DNA from: the human T2T-CHM13v2.0 reference genome, Homo sapiens
Assembly: GCF_009914755.1 (NCBI RefSeq)
Contig: NC_060930.1
Length of the DNA: 64,000 bases
Strand: one strand, 5' to 3'
This document shows, one piece after another, positions 31,905-44,422 of the stretch. A program made the translations under genes and the position numbers. Every line of letters begins with the position of its first letter. Within the stretch, counting starts at the first letter, position 1. The notes under the pieces were generated by a model that did no database searches, was not told the origin of the DNA, and was given only the letters and a program-made list of their open reading frames with translations.

Positions 31905-32480
31905 CTTTGTGGTTTTATCTACTTTTGGTCTTTGATGATGGTGACGTACAGATGGGGTTTTGGTGTGGATGTCCTTTCTGTTTGTTAGTTTTCCTTCTAA
32001 CAGTCAGGACCCTCAGCTGCAGGTCTATTAGAGTTTGCTGGAGGTCCACTCCAGACCCTGTTTGCCTGGGTATCAGCAGTGGAGGCTGCAGAACAGCAAA
32101 TATTGCTGAACAGCAAATGTTGTTGCCTGATCGTTCCTCTGGAGGTTTCGTCTCAGAGGGGTTCCTGGCTGAGTGAGGTGTCAGTCTGTGCCTACTGGGG
32201 GATGCCTCCCAGTTAGGCTACTCAGGGATCAGGGACCCACTTGAGGAGGCATTCTGACCGTTCTCAGATCTCAAACTCCATGCTGGGAGAACCACTACTC
32301 TCTTCATAGCTGTCAGACAGGGACATTTAAGTCTGCAGAGGTTTCTGCTGCCTTTTATTCAGCTATGCCCTGCCCCCAGAGGTGGAGTCTACAAAGGCAG
32401 ACAGGCCTTCTTGAGCTGTGGTGGGCTCCACCCAGTTTGAGCTTCCTGGCAGCTTTGTTTTACCTACTCAAGTCTCAGCA

Positions 32481-32942
32481 ATGGTGGGCGCCCCACCCCC
32501 AGCCTCGCTGCCCCCTTGCAGTTCGATCTCAGACTGTTGTGCTAGCAATGAGCGAGGCTCCGTAGGCATGGGACCCTCCAAGCCAGTCACGGGATATAAT
32601 CTTCTGGTGTGCTGTTTGCTAAGACTGCTGGAAAAGCACAGTATTAGGGTGGGAGTGACCCGATTTTCCAGGTGCCGTCTGTCACAGCTTCCCTTGGCTA
32701 GGAAAGGGAATTCCCTGACCACTTGCACTTCCCAGGTGAGGCGATGCCTCGCCCTGCTTTGGCTCACGCTCAGTGGGCTGCACCCACTGTCCTGCACCCA
32801 CTGTCCCACAAGCCCCAGTGAGATGAACCGAGTACCTCAGGTGGAAATGCAGAAATCACCTGTCTTCTGCGTCGTTCACGCTGGGGGCTATAGACTGGAG
32901 CTGTTCCTATTTGGCCATCTTGGAACCACCCAGTCAATCTGA
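32481..32942 (+). CDS. ORF0: L1 antisense ORF0 homolog, open for 153 aa
   Basis: MVGAPPPASLPPCSSISDCCASN matches the ORF0 N-terminus; Kozak gcaATGG; expression unknown. Confidence 0.6.
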   Translation: MVGAPPPASLPPCSSISDCCASNERGSVGMGPSKPVTGYNLLVCCLLRLLEKHSIRVGVTRFSRCRLSQLPLARKGNSLTTCTSQVRRCLALLWLTLSGLHPLSCTHCPTSPSEMNRVPQVEMQKSPVFCVVHAGGYRLELFLFGHLGTTQSI

Positions 32943-33494
32943 CTTTAATCAAAAAGTGCTGAAAGAAAAAAAATACAATTTTTCTGGGATGTAAAACAAA
33001 ATTTTTTAAAGGGGAAATTGAGTGGTTTATTTAAAACTCTGACCACCTTGGAACTATTTGAAACTCTGTGTCCCTTTTAAATTTTGTTGCTTCTGAGTTA
33101 ATAGGTAAGATTATAGCAAGGAAGAATAGGGTAATAGGAAATAAGGGAGAGGATTTGAAACATAAGAAGTGTCAGCTTCAGAACTTCAAGAATGCTGAAT
33201 TCCATGTCAAGTCCCAGCATCCTGCCCCTTAAGCCTTTGGTGAGGCCACTGCATTCACAAGGATCATCTCTGTTGCAAACTGTTGGAAATCAAAGCCATG
33301 TGCAAGGCTCATTGCTCTACCCCATGACCTGCCTTCAGCTGTGTGTGCCATTTCCTGCTCCTTGTGGGGTCTGAGGACCCTGGAATCTCTAAGCCTTTCC
33401 AAGTAGCAATTTCATCCTTGGACACTCTTACGGCAGCAAAGACAGAGCAAGTGATATCATTAAAATGGATGCAATGGGTGTCTCTTGTCTTTTT

Positions 33495-33816
33495 TTATTA
33501 TTTTATTTTATTATTTTATTTATTATTTATTTTTGAGATGGAATCTTGTTCTGTTGCCCAGGCTGGAGTGCAGTGGTGCAATCTCAGTTCACTGCAACCT
33601 CTGCCTTCTGAGTTCATGTGATTCTCATGCCTCAGCCTCCTGAGCAGCTGGTATTACAGGTGTGCACCACCATGCCCGGCTAATTTTTATATTTTTAGTA
33701 GAGATAGGGTTTCACCGTGTTGGCTAGGCTGGTCTCAAACTCCCAACCTCAAGTGATCCGCCTGCCTCTGCCTCCCAAAGTGCTGGGATTACAGGTGTGA
33801 GCCACCTTGTCTGGCC
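33495..33816 (-). mobile_element. AluS
   Basis: Full dimer, antisense; ttgtcttttt on both flanks. Confidence 0.95.
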
Positions 33817-35369
33817 TTTTTTGTCTTTTTAAAATAAGGCATTGTTACAGACATGAGATCATTTCTTATTCTCAACCACCAATGACCTGTGTGCTGAATA
33901 GGAGAGACTGAATTCCCATTTCATAGGTGAGAAAACTGAGAGTTGCTCAAAGTCACATAGCTCATAGGTGACTGAGATGGAATGACAGTTCAGGTTTCCA
34001 TCTCTACTCTTCTCCCAGGCCTGCATGGGCAAGGGGCAGGGGCAGTTATGATATCATCACCCATGAAAAACAATCCCAAGATCATGGGCCTCCTAGCAGG
34101 AAAACAAAACAAAACAAAACCTGCAAGAGAAACCAGCTACAACTATAAATCCAATTTCATTAGTAAGAAAACTGAGGCCCAAGCACTTACTCATGAAAAT
34201 ACCCACAGGGGATCATCTCCAAACCTGGGTTTTGTGACTTTTGTTCTACACTCACAGTGGATTTAGTGTTCTAGATTCTGATACTTTTAACTACCTAACT
34301 CAAAGAGCTCCTGAGAAAACATAATGTGATTGTGCTGGGTTCGATACCCGTCACATAGAACGTGCTCAGTAAATATTAGTTGAATATTTATCTTTCTAGG
34401 ACTTAGTTTTCTAGTCTGTTAAAGACGGTCAATAATCCCTGCCTGCCTTCTCCATAATGTTGTTAAATGCTTCAGATGAGATTGTGCATATAAGATAACT
34501 TTGAGAAATAATGTTAAGATGCTTTGCAGTTATATGAACTTTCTCAGTTAAAACTGTGTGGAAGTTGCAGGCATTCCTCTATAAGTGGGATTCTAGGCAC
34601 ATATCAGCTTTTCTCACACCCCTTTCACAGCAGAAGAAATGATTAGCCTTATTTTGGAGACAGAGCTATTGAGGAGTGATTTGCTGGTATCAACATAGAA
34701 TAGAAGACTGACCTTGTACTAGAAAGATGTAAGTGCCCAAAGAGAGGCAGGAGAAGGCAGGAGAGTTTGTATTCTCTCTTCTGTAGGGTTCATAGAGGGA
34801 CAGAATCTGTGCTGGGCCTTAAAACGTGGGTAACATTGGAGCACATGGAAATATTAGGGGCAATATCAGGCTCCAGAAACCCTGTGGATGCAGCAGGGAG
34901 ACAGGAAGGCATTAGAGGATGCAGAGGAGATAGCAAGTCCCCTCATTCAGCTGGAGCATGGGGAAAATAAAGGGATGGGGAAAATAAAATTCATCAGACC
35001 CCACCCAGACCAACAGTCCAGCCTCTAGACCAAAAAATGGACTGGAGGGTTCTGGACATGTGACAGGAAGGAAGATCCTGCCCAACCCCTGGGGAGTGAG
35101 GGAGGGAGCCCAATCTAAGGATTTGCTCTGAAAACAATGTAATTTCAAAGCTTTAGGCGGTGTCTTTATATTGCTAAGGGTGAGACCTGGGAAGATGTCC
35201 CTTCAGTTTAGCAAAACAGTTGATGGGTTTTTCTTTTCCCCGTCATTATTACTTTTAATGAAAAGTTAGGTTCAGATAACAATTAGGTCCAATAACAGTT
35301 AGGGCCAATAATAAAGGTTACTAACATTTATTGAACATTTACTATGTGCCAAGCACTGTTGGAGTAATT

Positions 35370-36125
35370 GTGTTAGTTTCCTGGGGCTACCACAGCAAAT
35401 TACCACACACTGGGTGGCTTAAAACATTTATTCTTCACATTTCTGGAGGGTGGGAGCCCAACTCAAGTGTGGGCAGGCCATTGTCCGACCCGAAGGCCAT
35501 TCTTCCACCGGAGCTCTAAGGGAAAAGTGGAAGGTTTTTCTCAGCTTGGCTCCAGGTGTTCCTTATCTCATGGCTGCATCACTCCAATCTCTATCTCTCT
35601 CTCTCTCTCTCTTTTTTTTTTTTTTTGAGACAAAGACTCACTCCGTCACCCAGGCTGGAGTGCAGTGTCTCGATCCCAGCTCGCTGCAACCTTCACCTCC
35701 CGAGTTCAAGTGATTCTCCTGCCTCAGCCTCCCAAGTAACAGTACAACAGGTGCACATCACCATGCCTGGCTAATTTTTGTATTTTTAGTAGAGATGGGG
35801 TTTTGGCACGTTAGCCAAGCTGGTCTCAAACTCCTGGCCTCAAGTGACCCTCCTGCCTCAGCCTCCCAAAGTGCTGGGATACAGGCGTGAGCCACTGTGC
35901 CCAGCCTTCTGCCTCTGTCTTCACATGGCTTTCTCTGTATGTCTCTCATAAAGACACTTGTCACTGGATTTAGGGCCCACTCAGACAGTCCAAGATGATC
36001 TCATTTCAATATCCTTAACTTCATCTGCAAAGACCCATTTTCCAAATAAGTTCATGTTCACAGGTCCTAGAGATTAGTATGTGGGCATATCTTTTGGGGG
36101 GGACCACTGTCCAGCCTATTATGGT
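35370..36125 (-). mobile_element. MaLR LTR (MLT1C-like) inserted in a MIR and interrupted by an Alu
   Basis: tgtgttagtttcctggggct ... ggatttagggcccac ... tctgcaaagacccattttccaaataag. Confidence 0.75.
35612..35905 (-). mobile_element. Alu (S/J)
   Basis: Full antisense dimer with T tail. Confidence 0.93.
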
Positions 36126-36565
36126 GGCTTACGTGCATTATATCATTTAATCCTCAAAGGGTGGTTGCCCTGTGGGGTAGGTAATATCATTACCTTGATT
36201 TTATAGATAAGGAAACTGAGACTCAAAAGAGGTTAAGTAACCTGTTCAAAGTCATATGGCCAGCAGGTGGCAGAGTTGAGATATAAAGCCCTCCAGTCTG
36301 GCTCAGGGGTCTGTGTACTGGTAACCGTCATGCTAGTCTGCCTCTTTGTGATGTGTGAGAGAGCTATCATTCTAGGTAATTAAAAAACAAACAAAACCCT
36401 CCCCCAAACCCAGGAATTTGGAATCTTCCCTTGGCATGTAAGAGGATAGGGGGTAAGAAATCTTAGAAAGGACAGAAGATGTGGTCGTGGAGATGTAGCT
36501 CTGACAGGAAGAACAGATGCAGCCAGGCCTAAGGGGAAGGACAGCCCACAGGAAACTCCTCTGCA

Positions 36566-36850
36566 TCCCAGCTACTCGGGAGACCAAGCTGGAAGGATTG
36601 CTTGAGGCCAAGAGTTCAAGACTAGCCTGGGCAACATATCGAAACCCTGTCTCTACAAAAAATAAAAAATCAGCCAGGTGTGGTGGTGCGCGCCTGTAGT
36701 CCCAGCGACTCAAGAGGCTGAGGCAGGAAGATCGCTTGAGACTGGGAGTTCAAGACTGCAAAGGGCTATGATCATGCCACTGCACTGCAGCCTGGGTGAT
36801 AGAGCAAGACCCCATCTTTAAATAAATAAATTAAATAAATAAATAAATAA
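36566..36850 (+). mobile_element. AluJ, slightly 5'-truncated, with (TAAA)n tail
   Basis: J-type arms; aaat tail repeats. Confidence 0.9.
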
Positions 36851-38194
36851 AGACTCCTTTGAGTGTTGTGTGACCGAGTGTGAGTGTGAGTGTGTGTGTG
36901 TATTGGCATTCAGCCCCTCTGGAGCAGCGAGGGCTCATACTGGATGTGGTGTTGGTTCCTGTTGCATCCTGGGCTGGTATCTTTTCACGTTCATCTGCCA
37001 CCCATGGCAGGCAGGGATTCGAGGTAGGCTGAGGAAGGGAGGAGGAGCTGGGGGAGTCACATGAGGGGTCCCAAAAGAAGACCACAGCCCCGGGAGGGTA
37101 GCCCTGGGAGGGAAGCCCTGAGGATGGACACCTCCCAGGAGTCTCTGGAACTTAGGAACAAAGCAACATTTTCCACATTCCTCTAGGATGAGCCTGGAGC
37201 CATTTCATTCATTCGGCTGTTAGAGGAAAAGGGTCTGCAGAGGGCCGCAGGGCTCAGGTGGTCTGGGCCACAGGAGGTCAGAGAGGTCACCTGAGATGTG
37301 GAGGGAGGGCAGTCCTCCCACACTCACTGACAGAAACCACCCCGTCCACAGGAGAGGAAGCAGCCCCTAGCAGCTGCCGTCCTGGGGCCAGCCAGCAGCT
37401 GCAGCCCTAGGAGGAGGGAAAGCTGCCTTCCCCACCCATCTCTTTCCTCCAAGGCTATTCTGGGAAGGAGGGGCTGTGAGGACTGAAGCTGGGAGGGGGT
37501 GGGGGACAGAATTTGCCTGGACTTTCTCTGCTGTATCTGTTTGACATGTTGGTTTCTTGTTTCTCACCTACACTCTTGGCCTCCAAATGGGAAAGTGCCC
37601 TTGGCAGACAGAGGGACAGCCTAAGGAAGGACCTGCCCTGTCCCCAATTTGTCCTGGCTCCCCTGGCTGGGTTCTGACTAAAGCCTGCACCTAATGGGAG
37701 TCACTTGGAGTTTTGTGGGGAAGGGATAATGAAACAAGGTGTCTTACAGCCCCGCAGGACCTCACAGTCCTACACAAATGCCAAGCGACTATGGCCACTG
37801 CGTCAAGGGAGTTGAAGGTCAAAGAGACCCAGCCAATCTCTCTGACTCTGGTCCCTACACCATTGTCCTGCTGACCTGGTTCTTGGTGAAACCTGGTCAC
37901 TCAAGTCTACTCCCGGCTGTGCCTTACCCCAGTTAAAACAAATCAAGGGCTGGAGAGGAGGGGACAGCAGGTGACAAGCTGACATCCTGAAGGCTAGCAA
38001 ATGGGGCAGGTGGGGTGAGGAGATCTCTTTGGACTTCATTTCATTTTTCATGTCTGCTGCCCAGGCCTCAGGAGAGAAAAATTAGACATTTTTATGGGTG
38101 GCAAAGTATGCAGCCTGATGGGGGTGATACGATGAGGGTGGTGGCAGAAACTTGGGGCAGAGATAGAGCTCTCCAAATATTCCAGGTGCCATTG

Positions 38195-38490
38195 GACTCC
38201 CCAGCCTCCTGTGGAGTTAAGGTCAGTCATGGGGTTAGTTCTGGCCAAGGGACCACGAGCAGAATGATGTGTGTTTCTTCTGGGTTGAGGCAGGTAAAAG
38301 CCAGTGTGCCTTTTCCATTCCCCTCTTCCCCTGCTGCAGGAACCCTGGAGACCATGTGGTCCAGACAGCTGGACTGCAAGATGGAGAAAGGCTGCCCAAC
38401 CTGCACTGGAATTTTCCTGAGGGAGGAATCCACCTTTATTGTGCCAAGCCACTAAGATTTTGATGTTTGTGGCTGCTAGGACTAATTACT
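38195..38490 (+). mobile_element. MaLR LTR fragment (MLT1J-like)
   Basis: tagttctggccaaggg; caagatggagaaagg; aagccactaagatttt. Confidence 0.55.
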
Positions 38491-39169
38491 TAGATTAATG
38501 CAACCGCTTATGTCAATGCAGCTCCTGGAGTTATCCAATATCACTTGCTTTTCCTAACAACCCTGGGAGATCATTTTCATTTTTCCCATTTTACAGGTGA
38601 GCAAATTGCAACAGTGACTTACCCCAGGTCACGTAACTGGATAGAGAATAAGCAGATGGGACGGTGGGAGGTTAAGTGCAAGTAGAGAGGTGGCAATAGG
38701 GTGAAATGAAGAGGGCCCCCCACTTGGTGTAGAGAGCCAGGCAGAAGGTCAGATCGAGGTGGGGAGAGAAGGAAAGAAAGAAGGGAGTGCTTTAAGGAGA
38801 ATCTTGACTCCTTCCTCCCTCCATATCCTTAGCCTCAAAGCAGACTTGGGACCCTTTGGAGTTGAGGGGGTGCCCTTGTGTGAGGCACACAACACCAGGA
38901 AGGTAGAACCACGCAAATGTCTTTGGGGATTCATGTACCTGGTTCTAGGTGTGCTCTGGATAGGCAGGCAAGTGGTAATAAAACCACTGAGATTGCATAA
39001 AACATGGTTGAAGGGAAATGGCCAAAGAAATGCTGTGCCCCAAAGCTGCCCTCATTCAACCAGGCTGGCATTGCTCAACCTGGTTTTGAGCTCCTCTTTG
39101 AAATGTGAACATTTACCAGCCACATCCTTTATGGTTAAGCCACTTAAATGCTGGTTCTGTTTTTCTCTT

Positions 39170-41160
39170 TCTGTATTGTTTTTTATTTATTTTTGAATAG
39201 ATTATATATATATATATATATAGATATATATAGTTAAAACATTAAAAAATATCTAAAGGTATATACAGTAAGAAGATGCTCTCCCACCCATGCCCTCTGT
39301 CTGTCCACTTCCCATTTCACCTCATAGGCACCCACTGTGTCTAGTTCATTATTTCCATTCAGATTTTATTTTGTACATTTGTAAGATAATTGAGATGTAC
39401 ATTATTTTTATCCTTGTTTTTCTCATGAATACTGACACTCTATACTGCATCTTGCTTTTTCCCCTTAATACAACTTGGAAGTATTTTATACAAGGATAAA
39501 GAACATCAAGATCATTCTCTCTCTTTTGAGTAGATGTATGGCATTGTAAGGATGTACCACAATTTATTTAACCAGTTTTTCACTGACAGACATTTGGCTT
39601 GTTTCCAACATTTTGCTATTATAAATAACAATGCAATGAACATCCTCTACATATGTCACTTTGCATATTTTCAAATATACTTGAAAGATAAATTCCTAAA
39701 AGTGGAATTGCTAGGTCGAAGAGTATATGCATTTTACATTTTGATGATACAAAAGTGCCCTCTATCAGGGTTTGTTGTGGCAATTTTTTCCCCCTACCAG
39801 CAGTGTATGAGGGTACAATTTTCTTTTTCTTTTTCTTTTTTTTTGAGACAGCCTGTTGCCCAGGCTGGAGTGTAGTGGTGTGATCATAGCTCACTGCTGC
39901 TTCAACCTCTTGGTCTCAAGCAATCCTCCCACATCAGCCTCCCTAGTAGCTAAGACTACAGGACTGTGCTGCCATGCTCGACTAATGTTTAAAATTTTTA
40001 TTTTGTAGAGACTGCGTTGTGCAGGCTGGTCTCCAGCTTCTGGGCTCAAGCAACCCTCCTGTATCAGCCTCCCAAAGGGCTGGGATTATAGGCATGAGCC
40101 ACTGCGCCTGGCAGAGAGTGCAGTATTCTGCAGTTTCACCAATAGAATGTGTTGGTATTCAAACTTTCTGACGTTTATCATTGATAGGAGAGAAGTGAAA
40201 AAGATTTATCTTACATTTTTAATATCTTGAGTTAGGTTGGAGATATTTTCAAATGCCTAAAGGAGATTATGTTATTCTTTTTATATACATATAAATTACC
40301 GGTTTCTATTTTTGCCCACTTTTGTACTGTGGTGTTCGTCATTTTTCTATTAATTTTTAGGAGCTTTTTATTTATTATAGAGACCAGCTCGTTGTCAATG
40401 AGATAAGTTGCAAATGCTTTTTCCTATTTTGACATGTTTATTTGCTTTTTTAAAAATTTTTTCCTTAGGTGTTTTTTGTTGTCTGTTTGCCACATTGAAG
40501 TTTTGATTTTCATATAGTCGAATCAGCCTTTCCTTTTATAATATGGATATGCTGTCATTAGAAAGACCCTCTTTATGCCAAGATTTTAAAAGAATTCTCC
40601 CATGTCTTCTAGTACTTTTATAGTTTTATTATCTTTTGTTTAAGTCTTTGATTAATTTTAAAGTTTCTAATTGAGTCTAAGCTTATTTTTATCTAGCTTG
40701 CTACCAAGATATACTGATATCATCTATTGAATAATGAATAATTGACTTTTTTTTTTAACAGTGATTTGAAGTGCTACTTTTATCATAACACCATCTTGTA
40801 TTATTTGGGTGCATTTCTGGTATTTCTATTCTGTGCCGTCTGTTAATCTGCATATATGCCAGTGTCAGAGTTCTTTCAGAACACTGAATATGTTTTAATG
40901 TCTAGTAGTGCAGGACTCCCTCATTTCTCTGCTTTTTCAGAGGTGACTAGGCTATTCTTATTTGCTTATTTTCCATATGAAATTTAGAATCAGATAATCT
41001 AGTTCAAAAAATACATTAGTATTTTATTGGAATTTCATTAAATTAAAACATTAATTGAGGAAAGATTGACATCTTTTTTTTTTTTTACATTGAGTATTCC
41101 TATCCAAGACCCCATATAACTTGACTTTCCATTTGTTTGAAGCTTCTTTTTTGCCTCTCC
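39170..41160 (-). mobile_element. Old L1ME-like fragment
   Basis: caatttatttaaccag; ttcctaaaagtggaattgctaggtc; gaaagattgacatcttt. Confidence 0.75.
39819..40112 (-). mobile_element. AluJ within L1ME
   Basis: gatcatagctcactgc; J-type antisense dimer. Confidence 0.9.
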
Positions 41161-41861
41161 ATCAGTTCTAGTCCTGTTCCAGGTGGAAGGCCCTCAGGAC
41201 ATGGAAACATTTCCAGATCTGCCATGATTTTTAGCTGTTCACATTAACAGCAATAACTAAGGCCCCTGCTTCGTTCCCACTCATCTCCCTCTGAGCCAAA
41301 GCTCACTTGCTTTGACCTCAGGTGATGTTTGGATTGGGGTTTGTGGGGAGAGGGGAGGGTCTGTCACCAAGACATTGAAAAAGAGACGAGGGAGGGGACC
41401 TCAGAGGTGGGGAGAGAACACCATCTGTGTATCCAGAACTGAAAGTCGGCAATCGGGGACAAAGATAGAAAGACAGAGGCAGGCGCGGAGGCTGTGGGTT
41501 ACCAGGGAGGCCTGTGGGAAGGAGGGGAGGAAGAGAAACCAGGAGGGAAGGGCAAGAGCAAGGTGCTGGGGAGGAGGAGGCCTCTGGGCAGGAGAGTGGT
41601 CCAGCAAGGCCTAGGAAGCAGGTGCAGTGGGGACAGATGAGACTGGTGGGCAGAAGGGACAGAGGAGAAGGGAGGATGGACAGGCTTCTCAACACTTCTC
41701 TTCCCTCTCCCTTCAGCTCCCCCTCCCTAAGGAGACTGCAACCTCTTCAAAGGCTGGGGAAATGTCTTCACTTTCAAATTTATTCTTTTTTTGTAATAAA
41801 TAATATACATCTAGAAATGCATAAGCATATAAGCACAGCTTACTGAATGGTTACAAAGTCA

Positions 41862-42262
<401 letters not shown>

Positions 42263-43941
42263 AAAGAAAGGTGGAACATTTACCAGCACCCCAGAAGCTT
42301 CCCTCATGTATCTCCCACAGGTAACCATTGTTCTGATCAGAAGAAAATTGCTATTATAATAAAGAAAAAGACGTTGAAGAATGTAAAACCGGGACTGAAA
42401 TGTGCTAGAACACAGGCCCAGATGAGAGACCTGGAGGGAAAGTCAGGAAACTGAGGCAAAGTGCAGACCTGCAGACAGGCAACTTTTCCTGGGAACATGG
42501 GCCCTCCCCTGCACCCCTGGCATCCCTGTGGGCCCCCAGCTGCCTGGTTCAGAGCATGCAGCCCAGGCCAGCCCTGACAGCTGTGGGGAGCAGCTTGATG
42601 CACAAGACTTTGGGGCCCGGGCAGGGCCATCATACAGATTATCCTGGTTTCAAGGACTAGAAACCCACTGAAAGCAGACCAAGCCAGAAGGCACCAAGGC
42701 CAGGCAGTGAAATCAAGAATATCAATTAGGTTTCTGGAACTCTCTTTCTGGGTTGTTGGTCTTCCTCTTCTACACTTTTCTGTCTATTTCTCTCTTGCTT
42801 TCTCAGGGACATCCTCCTCTTACCAAAGGCCCAAGAGAACCCTTCTTTCTACTCCAAAACATTTTGTTTTCAGTTCCTGATCCTTAATGTCCTGCATGTC
42901 TTGGTTCCCTTCCCCAAGGGAAGAAATCTGAGAGCTCCTCCTACACTGCATCCACCCTGGGCCTGTGAGTGACACCCATGGGCCCAGACAGCCCACCTGA
43001 TTCCTGGGGAGGGACCATGAGGGGGCTTTCATAGATTGTCAGACATGAAGGGCACAGGCAAGCAGCTCCCATTTGGTTGGTCCTTGGTGTTCACAGGTAG
43101 AACATCTGTAGTTCCTAAGTTTGGTCATCCCCAGGAGTTAAGTAGGAATCTGCTGATCGGGTTTGAATCACCTCTGCCACGGGCAGCATGGAGGAAGGAG
43201 CCACCTGTGCAGCCAGCATCCCCTGTTCATCCCTTGTGGGTGCATCTCAGTCCTTTTGTTTCTGGAGAAAAAGAGATCTGCAAAAGAGAAAGTGTTACTG
43301 ATTATCTAAAGGATGGTTAGCTTAGGGTGTAAAGATAGATTTGGAAAACTCAGGATTCTCAATGACTGGGGCCTGTAAAGACACCTGCTTTTTGGAGTTT
43401 GAATACATGTGAATGTCAAGGCCATCTGTGCTTGACCAGTCGGGAGTGAAAAAGGGCATGGCGTACATTAGGGTACAGGTGGAGGGGAGTATAAAGCTGG
43501 CAAATGCTGCCAGGTTGGCCAGAGCAGACAAGACAACAGTGAGGGTGCTGGGTGTGAAGGGCTCAGGGCAAGCAGTGAAGGAACGGGAGTGTTCCTGGGG
43601 TGGAGGGCCTGCTTGGGTGTGGCTGGCTCCACGGTGAGGGATCCGGCATCTTGACCTAAAAAGATCACAAGGAACAAGGCTGGGGCCCATGCTCTCCCAC
43701 ACGAGGGCATGCAGGAAGGAACTTTATAGTATGTCTTTATGAAACGGAAAGATCAAAGTCATGCAGTCCCTTTGTGTTTCCATGAGGCGAGGCACAATGG
43801 ACGGTGCTTACAGGCAGGCTGTGAGGAATCTTTGTGGGGTGCTAAGAGCTTCTGTAGATCATCTACCATCTTCCCCATCATCTTTCTAAAATTCTGAAAT
43901 GCCTATCCAGAGTGAAGTCTTTGGCTTGAGAATGTTACTAG

Positions 43942-44295
<354 letters not shown>

Positions 44296-44322
44296 TAGGA
44301 GGACAGGCATTTTTGTTTGTTA

Positions 44323-44422
44323 TTACGTTGGTGCGAAAGTAATTGCAGCATGGCCTACATTAGGACGTGGGTGGCCATTACTTTTAATGGCAAAAACAGC
44401 AATTACTTTTGCACCAACGTAA
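44323..44422. mobile_element. MADE1 (Hsmar1-derived MITE) with internal insertion
   Basis: TIRs ttacgttggtgcgaaagtaattgc and gcaattacttttgcaccaacgtaa; TA TSD at 44321-44322 and 44423-44424. Confidence 0.92.

Noticed and set aside
43440-43710. Resemblance of CGRA...LLAL/FTP...VLSALANLAAFASFILP to the SLC38A7/A8 C-terminal helices
   Set aside because: It needs a frameshift and rests on remembered sequence. The upstream part is just the translated polypyrimidine tract of the 43656 acceptor, and no other SLC38-like exons are seen.
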